A stretch of DNA of 35,817 bases from Nitrospinaceae bacterium (GTDB lineage: Bacteria > Nitrospinota > Nitrospinia > Nitrospinales > VA-1), in assembly GCA_046754465.1 (NCBI GenBank), contig JBHHVU010000031.1, forward strand, positions 1 to 35,817. Direction: 5' to 3'. The position numbers were made by a program, and so were the translations under genes. Each line of letters begins with the position of its first letter. Position 1 is the first letter of the stretch. The notes beneath the pieces were generated by a model that saw nothing but the letters and a program-made list of their open reading frames with translations, did not search any database and was not told the DNA's origin. Of the stretch, positions 17,354 through 26,809 are shown in pieces.

Positions 17354-19540
17354 TTACTTCTGTTTTAAAATTTTATCGCGGAGTCGGCGGTGGGCCAGCT
17401 TTTTCTCAAACGCGTAACTTTTTTGAATATTCCGGTAGATCGGGTCATTGTAACGGTCGTGGCAGGGGATGCAATTGCCGACCCGCAGAATACGGGCTAT
17501 TTCCTCCTGGTTGAACGGCCGTGCGCCAGATTGACTGCTTCCGGCCAGCGGTTCGCCGCGGAGAGTGACCTTGGCATCGGGGGCAAAATCCGATTTGTGC
17601 CTGACGATGTCCGAACGGACTAATGGGTCCATGCGATCGTTTTTACCCGTGGGGTTTGGGTTCAGCCTCAGTTCCCCTTCTCCCAGACCCAGGGAGCGTG
17701 GGGAAAGATGACAACTGACGCAGGAGCGGACTTTTCTCCCAACGGAGTGGGGGTGGACCGCATAAACCAGGTTGGATCCGGAATAGCCCTCGGGATTGGT
17801 AAAACTCCAATCCAGGTACCGGCCCCGGGCGTCGCCGTTTTTCCGGACCACCGCCACGGGCTTGCCCTTGTGATCGAGCACGTTCAAGGCCGCGCCCGTT
17901 TGCGGGAGCATGGGCGCCACCCTGCCCCGCGGTCCCACCATCAACACGGGAAGGTTCACGTTCCCGGCAAAATATCCCGGCGCCCAGGAGCCCCCGGTAC
18001 CGGAGGGATGGTCCGAAGGCATTCGCGTGCCGTCGTAGGAGGCGTGGCACCCGTTGCACCTGGGAACCCACTGGGAATGGCAGGCGGTGCATTCCAGCTT
18101 CCTCTTGTGCGCGGGGATGACATGGGCGTTCCTCGCCGCATGGATTACCGGTGTGGCGTGTTTTTCCCCGCTCAATTTTCCCAGGGTCCAGATCAGGTCC
18201 TTTTCCATTTTGACATTTGTCATCTTTTGTTGCCGGGCGGTCAACGCCATCTTTTCATCAACGGAATTCACCCACCCCTTGTAATTCCGGCTCAGGCGGA
18301 TGACTCGATCCTCCGGGTCGGTGATCGGGGCCACGGCGGGTGGGGAATCACCGTCCCCGTGGCAGGTCTCACACCGAATTTCAACGGCCTGAGTTTGTTT
18401 GGAATAGAGGTTGCCGTCGCCCATGATATCAAACTGCGTATGGCAGTCAATACAAGCCAATCCCTTGGCGAAGTGCACGTCCGGTTGAATTTGTCCGGCC
18501 CCGGGAAAAGCGGGAAAAGGGAAGCCGTTCTTCCCGACGGTGGGACGGGTCAGGTTGAACGCCTTGTGGCATTTAAGGCAGGTGGAATCCGGCGGCAGGG
18601 GGGTCATCCGGTGGAAGGAGGGATGGCCCGGTTCCGTCCGGGACAGGGTGGGGTCCTTTCCCCGATACAGGCCCTCTTTGGAATAGGTGAAGTGGCAGGC
18701 GGCGCATCCCTGGGACCGGAACTCCCCAGGTGGGGCCGGGGAGTCCAGGTGACATTGAAAGCACTGTTGACGCAGCAGACTGTCGCCGATATGACGGGAA
18801 ACCCGGGCCGGTTGGAGTTTTCCCTGGCGGTTTTTGGATTCCTGGCGGAATTCCCGGGGCGAGAAAAAGGGAAGGGCGTCCAGGTGCCTAAGCCCCCCCC
18901 TGTCGCCGGGAACGTCTCCGTCCTCATCTTTTATGGAACGGACGCCATATTTGGCCGTACGGCGGCTCTGCCCGGACCAGGAGTACCTCAGGCCGGAGAT
19001 CATTCCCGCGAGCGTGGCCATGATCGATTTTTTCACCCGTTGGATATGGTTTCTATCGGATTGGGAATGCCCGGAATGGCAAAATCCCTGGCCGCAGGTT
19101 TTCTCCACGACGCGGAGACTGGAGGGATTGCGTTTTCCGGTTCCCGCCCGAGGGTCGTAAATCAGGCTGGCATGAGCGCTCTCCTTATCCACCGTTTGCC
19201 CGTCGCCGCCGTGACAAACCGTGCAGCCGAATTCCCGGGGGTGGGCCGGGCTCACCTCTTCGATTCCGTCGTGGCAGGTAACGCATTTTTCGCTCGCTTG
19301 CCCGCGAAAGGTGGAGACATGGACTTGCGGGTAATCCTTGAGAGTGGCCGTCACTTTCAATTCCTTGATATGAGGAACCGGGCGATTGCCGGGAACGGGT
19401 TCCTTCAGGGTGGCCTCGCCGGCGCCGGAAAGGGTGTTGAACTTTCCCGGCCCGGTCTCCTCATCGCCGCGGGCCTGGACCGCTAAAGCGCCGCATACGG
19501 CTAGAATCAAAACGGGTAGCCCATGACGGATTTTATGCAC
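17354..19540 (-). CDS. Multiheme c-type cytochrome (11 CxxCH plus 1 CX4CH)
   Basis: GTG start and signal peptide; CVTCH, CTVCH, CGQGFCH, CFQCH, CAACH, CLKCH, CIDCH, CETCH, CTACH, CNGCH, CVSCH, CIPCH. Confidence 0.92.
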   Translation of the reverse strand: MHKIRHGLPVLILAVCGALAVQARGDEETGPGKFNTLSGAGEATLKEPVPGNRPVPHIKELKVTATLKDYPQVHVSTFRGQASEKCVTCHDGIEEVSPAHPREFGCTVCHGGDGQTVDKESAHASLIYDPRAGTGKRNPSSLRVVEKTCGQGFCHSGHSQSDRNHIQRVKKSIMATLAGMISGLRYSWSGQSRRTAKYGVRSIKDEDGDVPGDRGGLRHLDALPFFSPREFRQESKNRQGKLQPARVSRHIGDSLLRQQCFQCHLDSPAPPGEFRSQGCAACHFTYSKEGLYRGKDPTLSRTEPGHPSFHRMTPLPPDSTCLKCHKAFNLTRPTVGKNGFPFPAFPGAGQIQPDVHFAKGLACIDCHTQFDIMGDGNLYSKQTQAVEIRCETCHGDGDSPPAVAPITDPEDRVIRLSRNYKGWVNSVDEKMALTARQQKMTNVKMEKDLIWTLGKLSGEKHATPVIHAARNAHVIPAHKRKLECTACHSQWVPRCNGCHASYDGTRMPSDHPSGTGGSWAPGYFAGNVNLPVLMVGPRGRVAPMLPQTGAALNVLDHKGKPVAVVRKNGDARGRYLDWSFTNPEGYSGSNLVYAVHPHSVGRKVRSCVSCHLSPRSLGLGEGELRLNPNPTGKNDRMDPLVRSDIVRHKSDFAPDAKVTLRGEPLAGSSQSGARPFNQEEIARILRVGNCIPCHDRYNDPIYRNIQKSYAFEKKLAHRRLRDKILKQK

Positions 19541-19595
19541 GATGGGAATGGGGGAGGGTAAAAGTGAGGAGATATTGATGTTTCACGGTCCTGGA

Positions 19596-19922
19596 CTATT
19601 TGAACACGACCTCCACCCGATTGAGGAAATCCAGCAACTCATCCGCGGTGGCCCGGATTTTTTCGGCGGACTTTTCCTTGGCGCCCTCCTCCATGGTCAG
19701 TCCGATAGCGCTGATCAAATCGAACCCGTAACCCGCGCCCGATCCTTTCATGGTGTGCCCCAGTCTTTGGATGGTTTCGAAATCATCCTGCTCCAAGGCG
19801 GCTCGAAGGGTCTTGAGATCCTTGTGCCGGTTGTCGAGATACCCTGGTATGAGTTCTTCCAGGTCCGGGTCAATTTCAACGATGATTTTTTCGTTTTCGT
19901 CTCCCTTGGCTGGATGAGTCAT
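19596..19922 (-). CDS. Stand-alone Hpt (histidine phosphotransfer) domain protein
   Basis: DLEELIPGYL...RLGHTMKGSGAGYGF motif with phospho-acceptor His. Confidence 0.9.
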   Translation of the reverse strand: MTHPAKGDENEKIIVEIDPDLEELIPGYLDNRHKDLKTLRAALEQDDFETIQRLGHTMKGSGAGYGFDLISAIGLTMEEGAKEKSAEKIRATADELLDFLNRVEVVFK

Positions 19923-20248
19923 GATTCACCTTCAAAATTAAAGATCGTCCTGAAGTGGGCCGGGAAAATGAAATCCTGGAAAATAGAGGCCGGAAAACAA
20001 TCCAAAAGAGCCCGAAGGGATGTTCGAAAAAGAAATCGATCGAAACAAGATTGACGGCCCGATCTGTCTTATGTGGATCGATCTTGGAGCGGCCCGTGGC
20101 TGGGTCCGCGAGATGATTCCGGGTCCCGATACATGGTAAAACCCGGAAGCCGACATTTCAACCGGCATCTTGAAATTGTTACGCAACCCCGTAATTTTCC
20201 GGGTCTTGGAGCCCCAGATTTTTTCGGCCCCGCCCGGGGTCCGCGGAT

Positions 20249-21532
20249 TTATTCTTCCCGATGAAAGAAATGGAATCCCTTGCCCCGGTCCGGAGACCGG
20301 AGTTTGAACTGCACTTCAAAATCCAGGGCGAGGTCGAGCCAGTCTTCCAGGAGGCGGGTCATCAGGAAATTATTTTTAACGGACTCCCGGGCCGCTTGGC
20401 CCATCTGGGTGCGTAGATTCCCATCTTTCAACACCTGGACGATCCGCGCCGCGGCTTCGTCCACCGAATTGACGAGAAAGCCGTTATGCTCATTCTGGAT
20501 TTGCAGGGGGATGCCCCCCACATTGCCGCCGATCACCACGGCCCCTTTCCACATGGCCTCGGTGACCGTCAGGCCAAACCCTTCCCGGATGGATTTTTGC
20601 AAAACCACATGCGCCCGGCTTTGCAGGGCGTTGACCAGGGCGGTATCCTGTTTCGCGAGAATGATGATGCGTTCATTCTGTTCGTGCAGCAACGATTCGT
20701 AAACTTCCTGGCCTTCCGGATCATCCGTGGCCATATCGCCCAGAAGAACCAGGGTGCAGTCCACTTCCTCGCGGGCTTTTTTATAGGCCTGGATCACCCC
20801 CAGGGGATCTTTCCACAAATCGAACCGGGAAATCTGGGTCACGATCGGCAGGTCCGTGGGGATTTTGTAATGTTGGAGTCTTTCAAGAATCTGGGCCTCC
20901 GGCAAGGGCATGTTCTTGGTAATGAAAGGATCGATCGCGGGTTGGAAATAACGGGAAGGGATATTCAGTTTGACCGGCGGTTTTTGAGTGAAAATGGTAG
21001 CGTCATAGCGATTGATGGTGGTTTTCAGGTAATTCCAGATCGTGGGTTCCGGCTGGGTCAAATCCAGGTGGCAACGCCAGATCCAGGGACACGTTTTCCG
21101 GTAGTGCTGAATAAGAAACAACGGTTGTGGATCGTGGACCACGACATAATCGGCGTCCAGGTCCATGCGGATGGCGTTTTCATGAATCGTTTGTTCGTAG
21201 ATATCCTTCTTCAGCTCGGTCATGTGCAGGGGATGGCCCTGGAGCGCGTTGTGAAACTTTTTGGTCGCGGAAAAGAAATCGGCGCTTCCGAAAAGTAGCC
21301 GCCAGTCGGCCTTGATTCCGACACCGTTCATAATCAGAACCAGGGAGGTCAAAAGTTCCGCCACCCCCCCTCCGGAATAGGTGCTGTTGATGTGAATGAG
21401 CTTTTTGCCGTTGAGGATCCGGGCTTTTTCCAGGATCCGGTCCACGGTCTCGTTTCCCACCAGCTCCCGGTAATTATTGATATCGATCCGTTTCAGAGCG
21501 GGGAAATGGGTTTCGGGTTTTTTTTTGGGCAT
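20249..21532 (-). CDS. treT: Glycosyltransferring trehalose synthase TreT-like (GT4)
   Basis: HINSTYSGGGVAELL, KKFHNALQG, HDPQP, WRCHLD, SRFDLWKDP, DDPEG and REGFGLTVTEAMWK motifs. Confidence 0.88.
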   Translation of the reverse strand: MPKKKPETHFPALKRIDINNYRELVGNETVDRILEKARILNGKKLIHINSTYSGGGVAELLTSLVLIMNGVGIKADWRLLFGSADFFSATKKFHNALQGHPLHMTELKKDIYEQTIHENAIRMDLDADYVVVHDPQPLFLIQHYRKTCPWIWRCHLDLTQPEPTIWNYLKTTINRYDATIFTQKPPVKLNIPSRYFQPAIDPFITKNMPLPEAQILERLQHYKIPTDLPIVTQISRFDLWKDPLGVIQAYKKAREEVDCTLVLLGDMATDDPEGQEVYESLLHEQNERIIILAKQDTALVNALQSRAHVVLQKSIREGFGLTVTEAMWKGAVVIGGNVGGIPLQIQNEHNGFLVNSVDEAAARIVQVLKDGNLRTQMGQAARESVKNNFLMTRLLEDWLDLALDFEVQFKLRSPDRGKGFHFFHREE

Positions 21533-21742
21533 AAGATTGGACTCAGTGTTGAAGGGGGGACGAGACCCCCTTTGCCAGATTATCCCGCGTTGAGGGCGGT
21601 CCTCAACGGGAAAATGGTTGCGTATTATAATTCATAATTGCACCAGGAAAAGAGAATAATGACTGCATCCGCCAGGGTTCCCGGTACCATGGAGAAATTG
21701 GGCTGGCAAATTAAAAAGATCCATGGCGGGGGTCCGTTTTTC

Positions 21743-24700
21743 CTAGAGGGTGATCGAATGATCGGTCAGCAGGCTAAAGGGGAGGATTTGAAAGATATTA
21801 TTCAGAGGGAGTTTCGCCGGGCCGTCCTGGGAAGAAATGGAGAAGGAACAACGGGTGAGGAGGTCGCGAAAATCCTCCTTGCCAGAGAGGCCGGAAGGCA
21901 ACAGGATATGCGTATTGCCCCAAGCCCGGGGTCCCACTGGCCATTTTCCCTTGGGCGCCATTAGACCGGAAACGAGCCTGGGTGCTACGGTGATTACCGT
22001 GTTCCCTTCGTGCATGCGGGCGAACGCGACGGCGTGGTCGGCCCGGTCCCCCTCCACCTGCAAGGGCAGGTAATCCCCTTTCAGAAACAAATCGGGATGC
22101 TTTTTTCGAAGCCGCAATCCGCAAGCGGTGAGGAACATTTTGATGCGGCCGTCCTCCCATTGATCCAGCATCCCGGCGATGGTGGCATTGCGCCGTACGG
22201 GATCCAGGGGAGAAGGGTCGGCCAGCAAGGGGTCCATTTCCCGCAAAAGACGCATCTGGTGATCGAAATCCACCGGCCTGCGGTTGTCCGGGTCCACCAG
22301 GCTCAGGTCCCAAAGTTCCCGTCCCTGGTAGGTATCGGGGATTCCCGGTGAAGTCAGTTTGATCGACACCTGCGCCAGGGAATTGATCACCCCCAGCCGG
22401 GCGATGCGCTTCTGAAAGGGGAGGAAGGAATCCATGAATCGATTGGTTTTCGAAGGCGTCAGGATCCGTTGGATGAAATTTTCCACGGCGGCGTCGTAAT
22501 CGTCATTGGGATTGATCCAGCTCGAATGCACCTTGGCTTCCTTGATGGCTTTGTGCATGTAGGTCTGGAGGCGGTGCTTCATTTCCTCCAATTGATCGGG
22601 GTTCAAGGGTTGTGTGGGCCACACTCCCACCAGGGTCTGGTAAAAGAGGTATTCCTCGTTCCTGTCGGGGGCGTATTTCCCATCGACCAGAGTCCGTTTC
22701 GAGCGGTTGAGCAGGGACCAGCGCCGAATGGCTTTCCGCCATTCATCGGGGACCTCTGAAAGGGCGTTTAACCGGGCGCGCACATCCTCACCGCGCTTAT
22801 GGTCGTGGGTGGCCGTGCAGATCATGGTAAGCGGCCAGTTTCGCTGCCGTTTTTGGTTCCTGGCATGAAAAGCGGACGTAGACATGCCGAACCGCTGGGG
22901 CTGGCCCCCGACCTCGTTCAACGAGATCAACCGGTTGTACCGGTAAAAGGCGGTGTCTTCCAGCCCCTTGCCCTGAACGGGCCCGGTGAACTGCTGGAAT
23001 TTCATGATGAAATCCTGCCGCTTTTTCAGTTGGGTTTCCGAAAGCTCCTCCTTCGAGGGGGGAAAAATCGTGTCCTTGAGAAAATCGAAGATCGTTGGTT
23101 CCAACGCCGGGTTCCGGCGGCGCGCCCGGTAGATGGCGTTTTCCAGAGTTTCCCGGTCTTCCGGAAGGTATCCCCGCCCGTCGATATAAGTCCGGTAGAG
23201 GGGGAAACACGCCACCACCTCACCCAGCGCCTCCCTCAGGCTATTCAGGGTGAAATCCCGGCAATGACGGTCCTCCTCCGAAATCAGGTTCAGCGATCGA
23301 ACCAGAACATTCAGTTCACTGGTGAGGTCGGTTTGCATGATTACTTTTTTACTTTGATAAACGATTTCGGAAAAGGGGGCGGTGACGCCCGTATAACGGG
23401 TGTAAATTCGGCTGAACTCTCTTTCCTGCGAAGGGTCGATGAACAAGGCGTTCAAATCGTTTAAAAAGTCATGCCCGCAGGTTCCCGATACGCTCCATTT
23501 TTCGGGAAGCGACTCGGTTCCCGTGAGAATTTTTTCCACCACGATATAGAGGGGGCGGCTCACGGGTCCGGCAGGGTCTTGTTCCTTCTCTTCCCCGCGC
23601 CATTGGCGGATTGTTTTTTGAAGGGTAGCCGGGTCCACCCCGTTCCAGGGTCCGTCACGTACCACATATTCATAAAGAACCGCATTCTGGAGACGTTCCA
23701 AATAGGCCGCCGGGTCGAACAAGCCATCCGGATGGTCCAGCCGAAGGCCCTGGACTTTCCCTTCCCCGATCAAACGCAGAATCAGGGTATGGGTTTCGTC
23801 AAAGACCTTTGGCAACTCCATGCGTATCGCCGCCAGATGATTGATGTCGAAAAAACGCCGGTAATTGATCTCGTGGGCGGCGGTCCGCCAATAGGAAAGG
23901 CGATACACCTGCCCTTCCAGCAGCCGGTGCAGCCGATCAAAACTTTCCGGCCGGCCGGGGACGCCGTTGAAGATTTTCAGGTTTTCCCGGATATGACAGC
24001 GGATGCGGGAACATTCGTTCGTCAGGCGGATCAACCGTTTTCGGCTGACATCCATTTCACGGCCGCGTTCCTCGATTTTTCCGGAATCCGCCCCAGGGTC
24101 GAAGGGCAGGTTTTTGAGCGCCGTGAGGATGCTGTGGAATTCGGTCAGGTAAGGGTCCTCATCCCCCATTTCCTTTTGCAGCAGATCCAGGTTGTGGGCG
24201 AGGACTTCGGGGGCCGTGCGGGGATTGATCGGGATATCATAATCGAAGTATTTCAGGGAAAGATCCCCGTCCCGCATTTCCAGAACCAGTTCTCCCCGTT
24301 CCAGAACCACTCCATACTGATCTCCCAGAATGGGCAGAAGTATTTTCCCCTTCAGTTCGGCCTTGACCGGGTTCCAGTCGATATCGAAAAAATCGGAGTA
24401 AGGGGAACAGCGGCCGTTTTTGAGCACATCTTGCCACCAAAGGTTCTCGGAACTGGCGATTCCCATGTGATTGGGAACAAAGTCCAGGATGTGACCCATG
24501 GAGTACCGGGAAAGTTCCGCCGTGAAAGCTTCGTATGCCTCTTCTCCGCCGATCTCCGTGTTGATGCGGGTGTAGTCGCAAATATCGTATCCGTGCGGCG
24601 AGTCCTTGCCCGCCGCCAGATAAGGCGAGGTATAACAATGAGTGATTCCCAGGCTGGACAGGTAGGCGGTGATCGACCGCGCCTGTTGGAAGGTGAATCC

Positions 24701-24823
24701 CTTGTTGAGCTGCAAGCGATACGTGTTTAAAGGAATATTCTTCCCCGCAAGAAGACGTTTCTTGAGCAGGGTCAGCCGATCTGTTATCAGGGCCAGGTTT
24801 TGGTTTGCCCTAAGATTCATCAT
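21743..24823 (-). CDS. treY: Malto-oligosyltrehalose synthase
   Basis: TYRLQ, HGYD, DFVPNHM, INYRRFFDI, GLRLDHPDGL, VEKIL, ATHDHKRGEDVRAR and SLVDPDNRRPVD; AGGAGG SD 7 nt before ATG 24823. Confidence 0.95.
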   Translation of the reverse strand: MMNLRANQNLALITDRLTLLKKRLLAGKNIPLNTYRLQLNKGFTFQQARSITAYLSSLGITHCYTSPYLAAGKDSPHGYDICDYTRINTEIGGEEAYEAFTAELSRYSMGHILDFVPNHMGIASSENLWWQDVLKNGRCSPYSDFFDIDWNPVKAELKGKILLPILGDQYGVVLERGELVLEMRDGDLSLKYFDYDIPINPRTAPEVLAHNLDLLQKEMGDEDPYLTEFHSILTALKNLPFDPGADSGKIEERGREMDVSRKRLIRLTNECSRIRCHIRENLKIFNGVPGRPESFDRLHRLLEGQVYRLSYWRTAAHEINYRRFFDINHLAAIRMELPKVFDETHTLILRLIGEGKVQGLRLDHPDGLFDPAAYLERLQNAVLYEYVVRDGPWNGVDPATLQKTIRQWRGEEKEQDPAGPVSRPLYIVVEKILTGTESLPEKWSVSGTCGHDFLNDLNALFIDPSQEREFSRIYTRYTGVTAPFSEIVYQSKKVIMQTDLTSELNVLVRSLNLISEEDRHCRDFTLNSLREALGEVVACFPLYRTYIDGRGYLPEDRETLENAIYRARRRNPALEPTIFDFLKDTIFPPSKEELSETQLKKRQDFIMKFQQFTGPVQGKGLEDTAFYRYNRLISLNEVGGQPQRFGMSTSAFHARNQKRQRNWPLTMICTATHDHKRGEDVRARLNALSEVPDEWRKAIRRWSLLNRSKRTLVDGKYAPDRNEEYLFYQTLVGVWPTQPLNPDQLEEMKHRLQTYMHKAIKEAKVHSSWINPNDDYDAAVENFIQRILTPSKTNRFMDSFLPFQKRIARLGVINSLAQVSIKLTSPGIPDTYQGRELWDLSLVDPDNRRPVDFDHQMRLLREMDPLLADPSPLDPVRRNATIAGMLDQWEDGRIKMFLTACGLRLRKKHPDLFLKGDYLPLQVEGDRADHAVAFARMHEGNTVITVAPRLVSGLMAPKGKWPVGPRAWGNTHILLPSGLSGKEDFRDLLTRCSFSISSQDGPAKLPLNNIFQILPFSLLTDHSITL

Positions 24824-24868
24824 CCCTAATCCTCCTGCACCCAATTTTGCGGTTTCGGCATAGCCAAG

Positions 24869-26809
24869 TCAAGTTTTTGAGTGTGAGGGAGATGCCTGTG
24901 GGAGGGGTAAGGATCGCAGGATCACCGCGCAGGGACCCCGAAACTCCAGCACCATGGTTTCGCCGTTACCGGTGCAAATCGGGGGAGCGGGGGCCGTAGC
25001 AAACCTGTCCTCCTCGGTGTGCCATGAAACTTTCCAGTTTCCGCCGGGAAGTGGCCGTGTGGAGGGGACCGTTCCCAGGATGATGCGTGCCGGGCCTTTC
25101 AGGCAGGCCACCATCAATAATCGGCCGGAGGCGGGGTCTCCCCGGGACAAACCCAGGGTATTCCGGCCTGCCGCGGCGGCATCGAAGGTGGAATTTTTTC
25201 GCGCCTCAAGAGCCGGTTCCGTTCGCCGCATCTCAAGAAGCGTCCGGTAGAGGCGGAGTATTCCCGCATGGGGTTCGCGCATGGGCTCCTCCCAGTCCAG
25301 CCTGCTGTCGAGAAAAGTGGCCAGAGCTTGCGGATCGGGGATGAGGTTTCGGGCCTTCGGGCCGCTGAACTCCTTGAATCCCCGGAACTCGTTCCGGCGG
25401 CCCTCGGTCACCCGTTTTCCCAGTTCCCGCGGGTGGTCGGTGAAATAGCGGAAAGGCGACCCCGCGGCCCATTCCTGACCCATGAAAAGCAAAGGCGTGG
25501 CGGGTGAGAACAAAAGCAGGGCGCTCGCCGCCCGGTACGAAGCCAAGTCCACCTTGAAATGCAGCCGGTCGCCCAGCGCCCGGTTGCCTACCTGGTCGTG
25601 GTTTTGAATACAATGAACGAAACGTTGCAAGGGAATCCCCCGTGCCGGGGTACCCCACGGCTTTTTTCTGAAAGCGGAAACCTGCCCCGTATAAAACCAG
25701 CCCTGCCGGAGGGTGGCCGCGAGGTCTTCCGCATCTCCCCTGAAATCGAGAAAATACCCGTCGTTGTCCCCCGCGAGCAGGGTGCGGATCTGGTGATGGA
25801 AATCATCGGCCCATACCGCGTCGAGACCGTATCCACCCTTCTTGGCGGGCAGGATCAATGGCGCGTGATTACGGTCATCCTCCGCGATGATCAGGACTTT
25901 CCGGCCTTCCGGCAGGGAGGTCCTCACCCGGTCCGCCAGTTCCTTTAAAAAAGAGTTTGGACTGTCGTCGAACAGGGCATGCGTCGCATCCAGGCGCAAA
26001 CCGTCGATGTGGTATTCGTGGACCCAGTGGAGCGCGTTTTCGATGAAAAAGTCGCGTACGTGCCGGGAGTGTGCGCCGTCGAGGTTGACGGCGTCCCCCC
26101 AGGGACTTTTATGTTTCCCGGAAAAATAATAAGGAGAAAACGCGCCCAGGTAAGCCCCCTCCGGGCCCAGGTGATTGTAGACCACGTCGAGAAACACCCC
26201 GATTCCGAGGGCGTGCGCCCGGTCGATGAGTCCGCGCAGGGCATCGGGAACGCCATAACACCGGGTCGGGGCAAACAGGTCCACCCCGTCGTATCCCCAA
26301 TTGCGGTTGCCGGGGAACTCGGCCACCGGCATCAATTCCACCGCGGTGATGCCCAGCTCCTTCAACGTCTCCAGTCTCCGCCGGACCCCCGAAAAAGTTC
26401 CCTCCGGACTGAAAGTCCCCACATGCAGCTCGTAAAGGATGAGATCACAGAGATCGAGACCCCGCCAATGGGAATCGGTCCACCGGAACCGGGAGGGGTT
26501 GACCACCTGCGAGGGACCGTGCACTCCCCGGGGCTGAAACCGCGAAGCAGGGTCGGGCAGGCAACGGTCCCGGTCGATGCGGTAACGGTAAAGAGTTCCA
26601 GCGGCGATTTCGGAAAAATGGCCGGTGAAGAAGCCGTCCCGGGAGGGTTCCAGGGCCATGGGAGGCAAGGTGGGGGAGGGCGGTTCCACAATCAGTTCGA
26701 TAGACCGGGCCTTCGGCGCCCAAACCCGGAACCGGACCCCCTCGTTTTCCATCCAGGCGCCCAGACGAGGTTTCCAGTTTATCGAATTTCGGTTTTCGAA
26801 AGGAGGCAT
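24869..26809 (-). CDS. treZ: Malto-oligosyltrehalose trehalohydrolase
   Basis: FRVWAP, PDPASRFQP.GVHGPS, YELHVGTF, NWGYDGV, GLRLDATHA, QNHDQVGNRA.GDR and LFMGQEW motifs. Confidence 0.95.
   Translation of the reverse strand: MPPFENRNSINWKPRLGAWMENEGVRFRVWAPKARSIELIVEPPSPTLPPMALEPSRDGFFTGHFSEIAAGTLYRYRIDRDRCLPDPASRFQPRGVHGPSQVVNPSRFRWTDSHWRGLDLCDLILYELHVGTFSPEGTFSGVRRRLETLKELGITAVELMPVAEFPGNRNWGYDGVDLFAPTRCYGVPDALRGLIDRAHALGIGVFLDVVYNHLGPEGAYLGAFSPYYFSGKHKSPWGDAVNLDGAHSRHVRDFFIENALHWVHEYHIDGLRLDATHALFDDSPNSFLKELADRVRTSLPEGRKVLIIAEDDRNHAPLILPAKKGGYGLDAVWADDFHHQIRTLLAGDNDGYFLDFRGDAEDLAATLRQGWFYTGQVSAFRKKPWGTPARGIPLQRFVHCIQNHDQVGNRALGDRLHFKVDLASYRAASALLLFSPATPLLFMGQEWAAGSPFRYFTDHPRELGKRVTEGRRNEFRGFKEFSGPKARNLIPDPQALATFLDSRLDWEEPMREPHAGILRLYRTLLEMRRTEPALEARKNSTFDAAAAGRNTLGLSRGDPASGRLLMVACLKGPARIILGTVPSTRPLPGGNWKVSWHTEEDRFATAPAPPICTGNGETMVLEFRGPCAVILRSLPLPQASPSHSKT

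Noticed and set aside
15380..19486. Long plus-strand ORFs of 662 and 592 aa
   Set aside because: Antisense shadows of the multiheme genes with no recognisable motifs; expected in GC-rich coding DNA.
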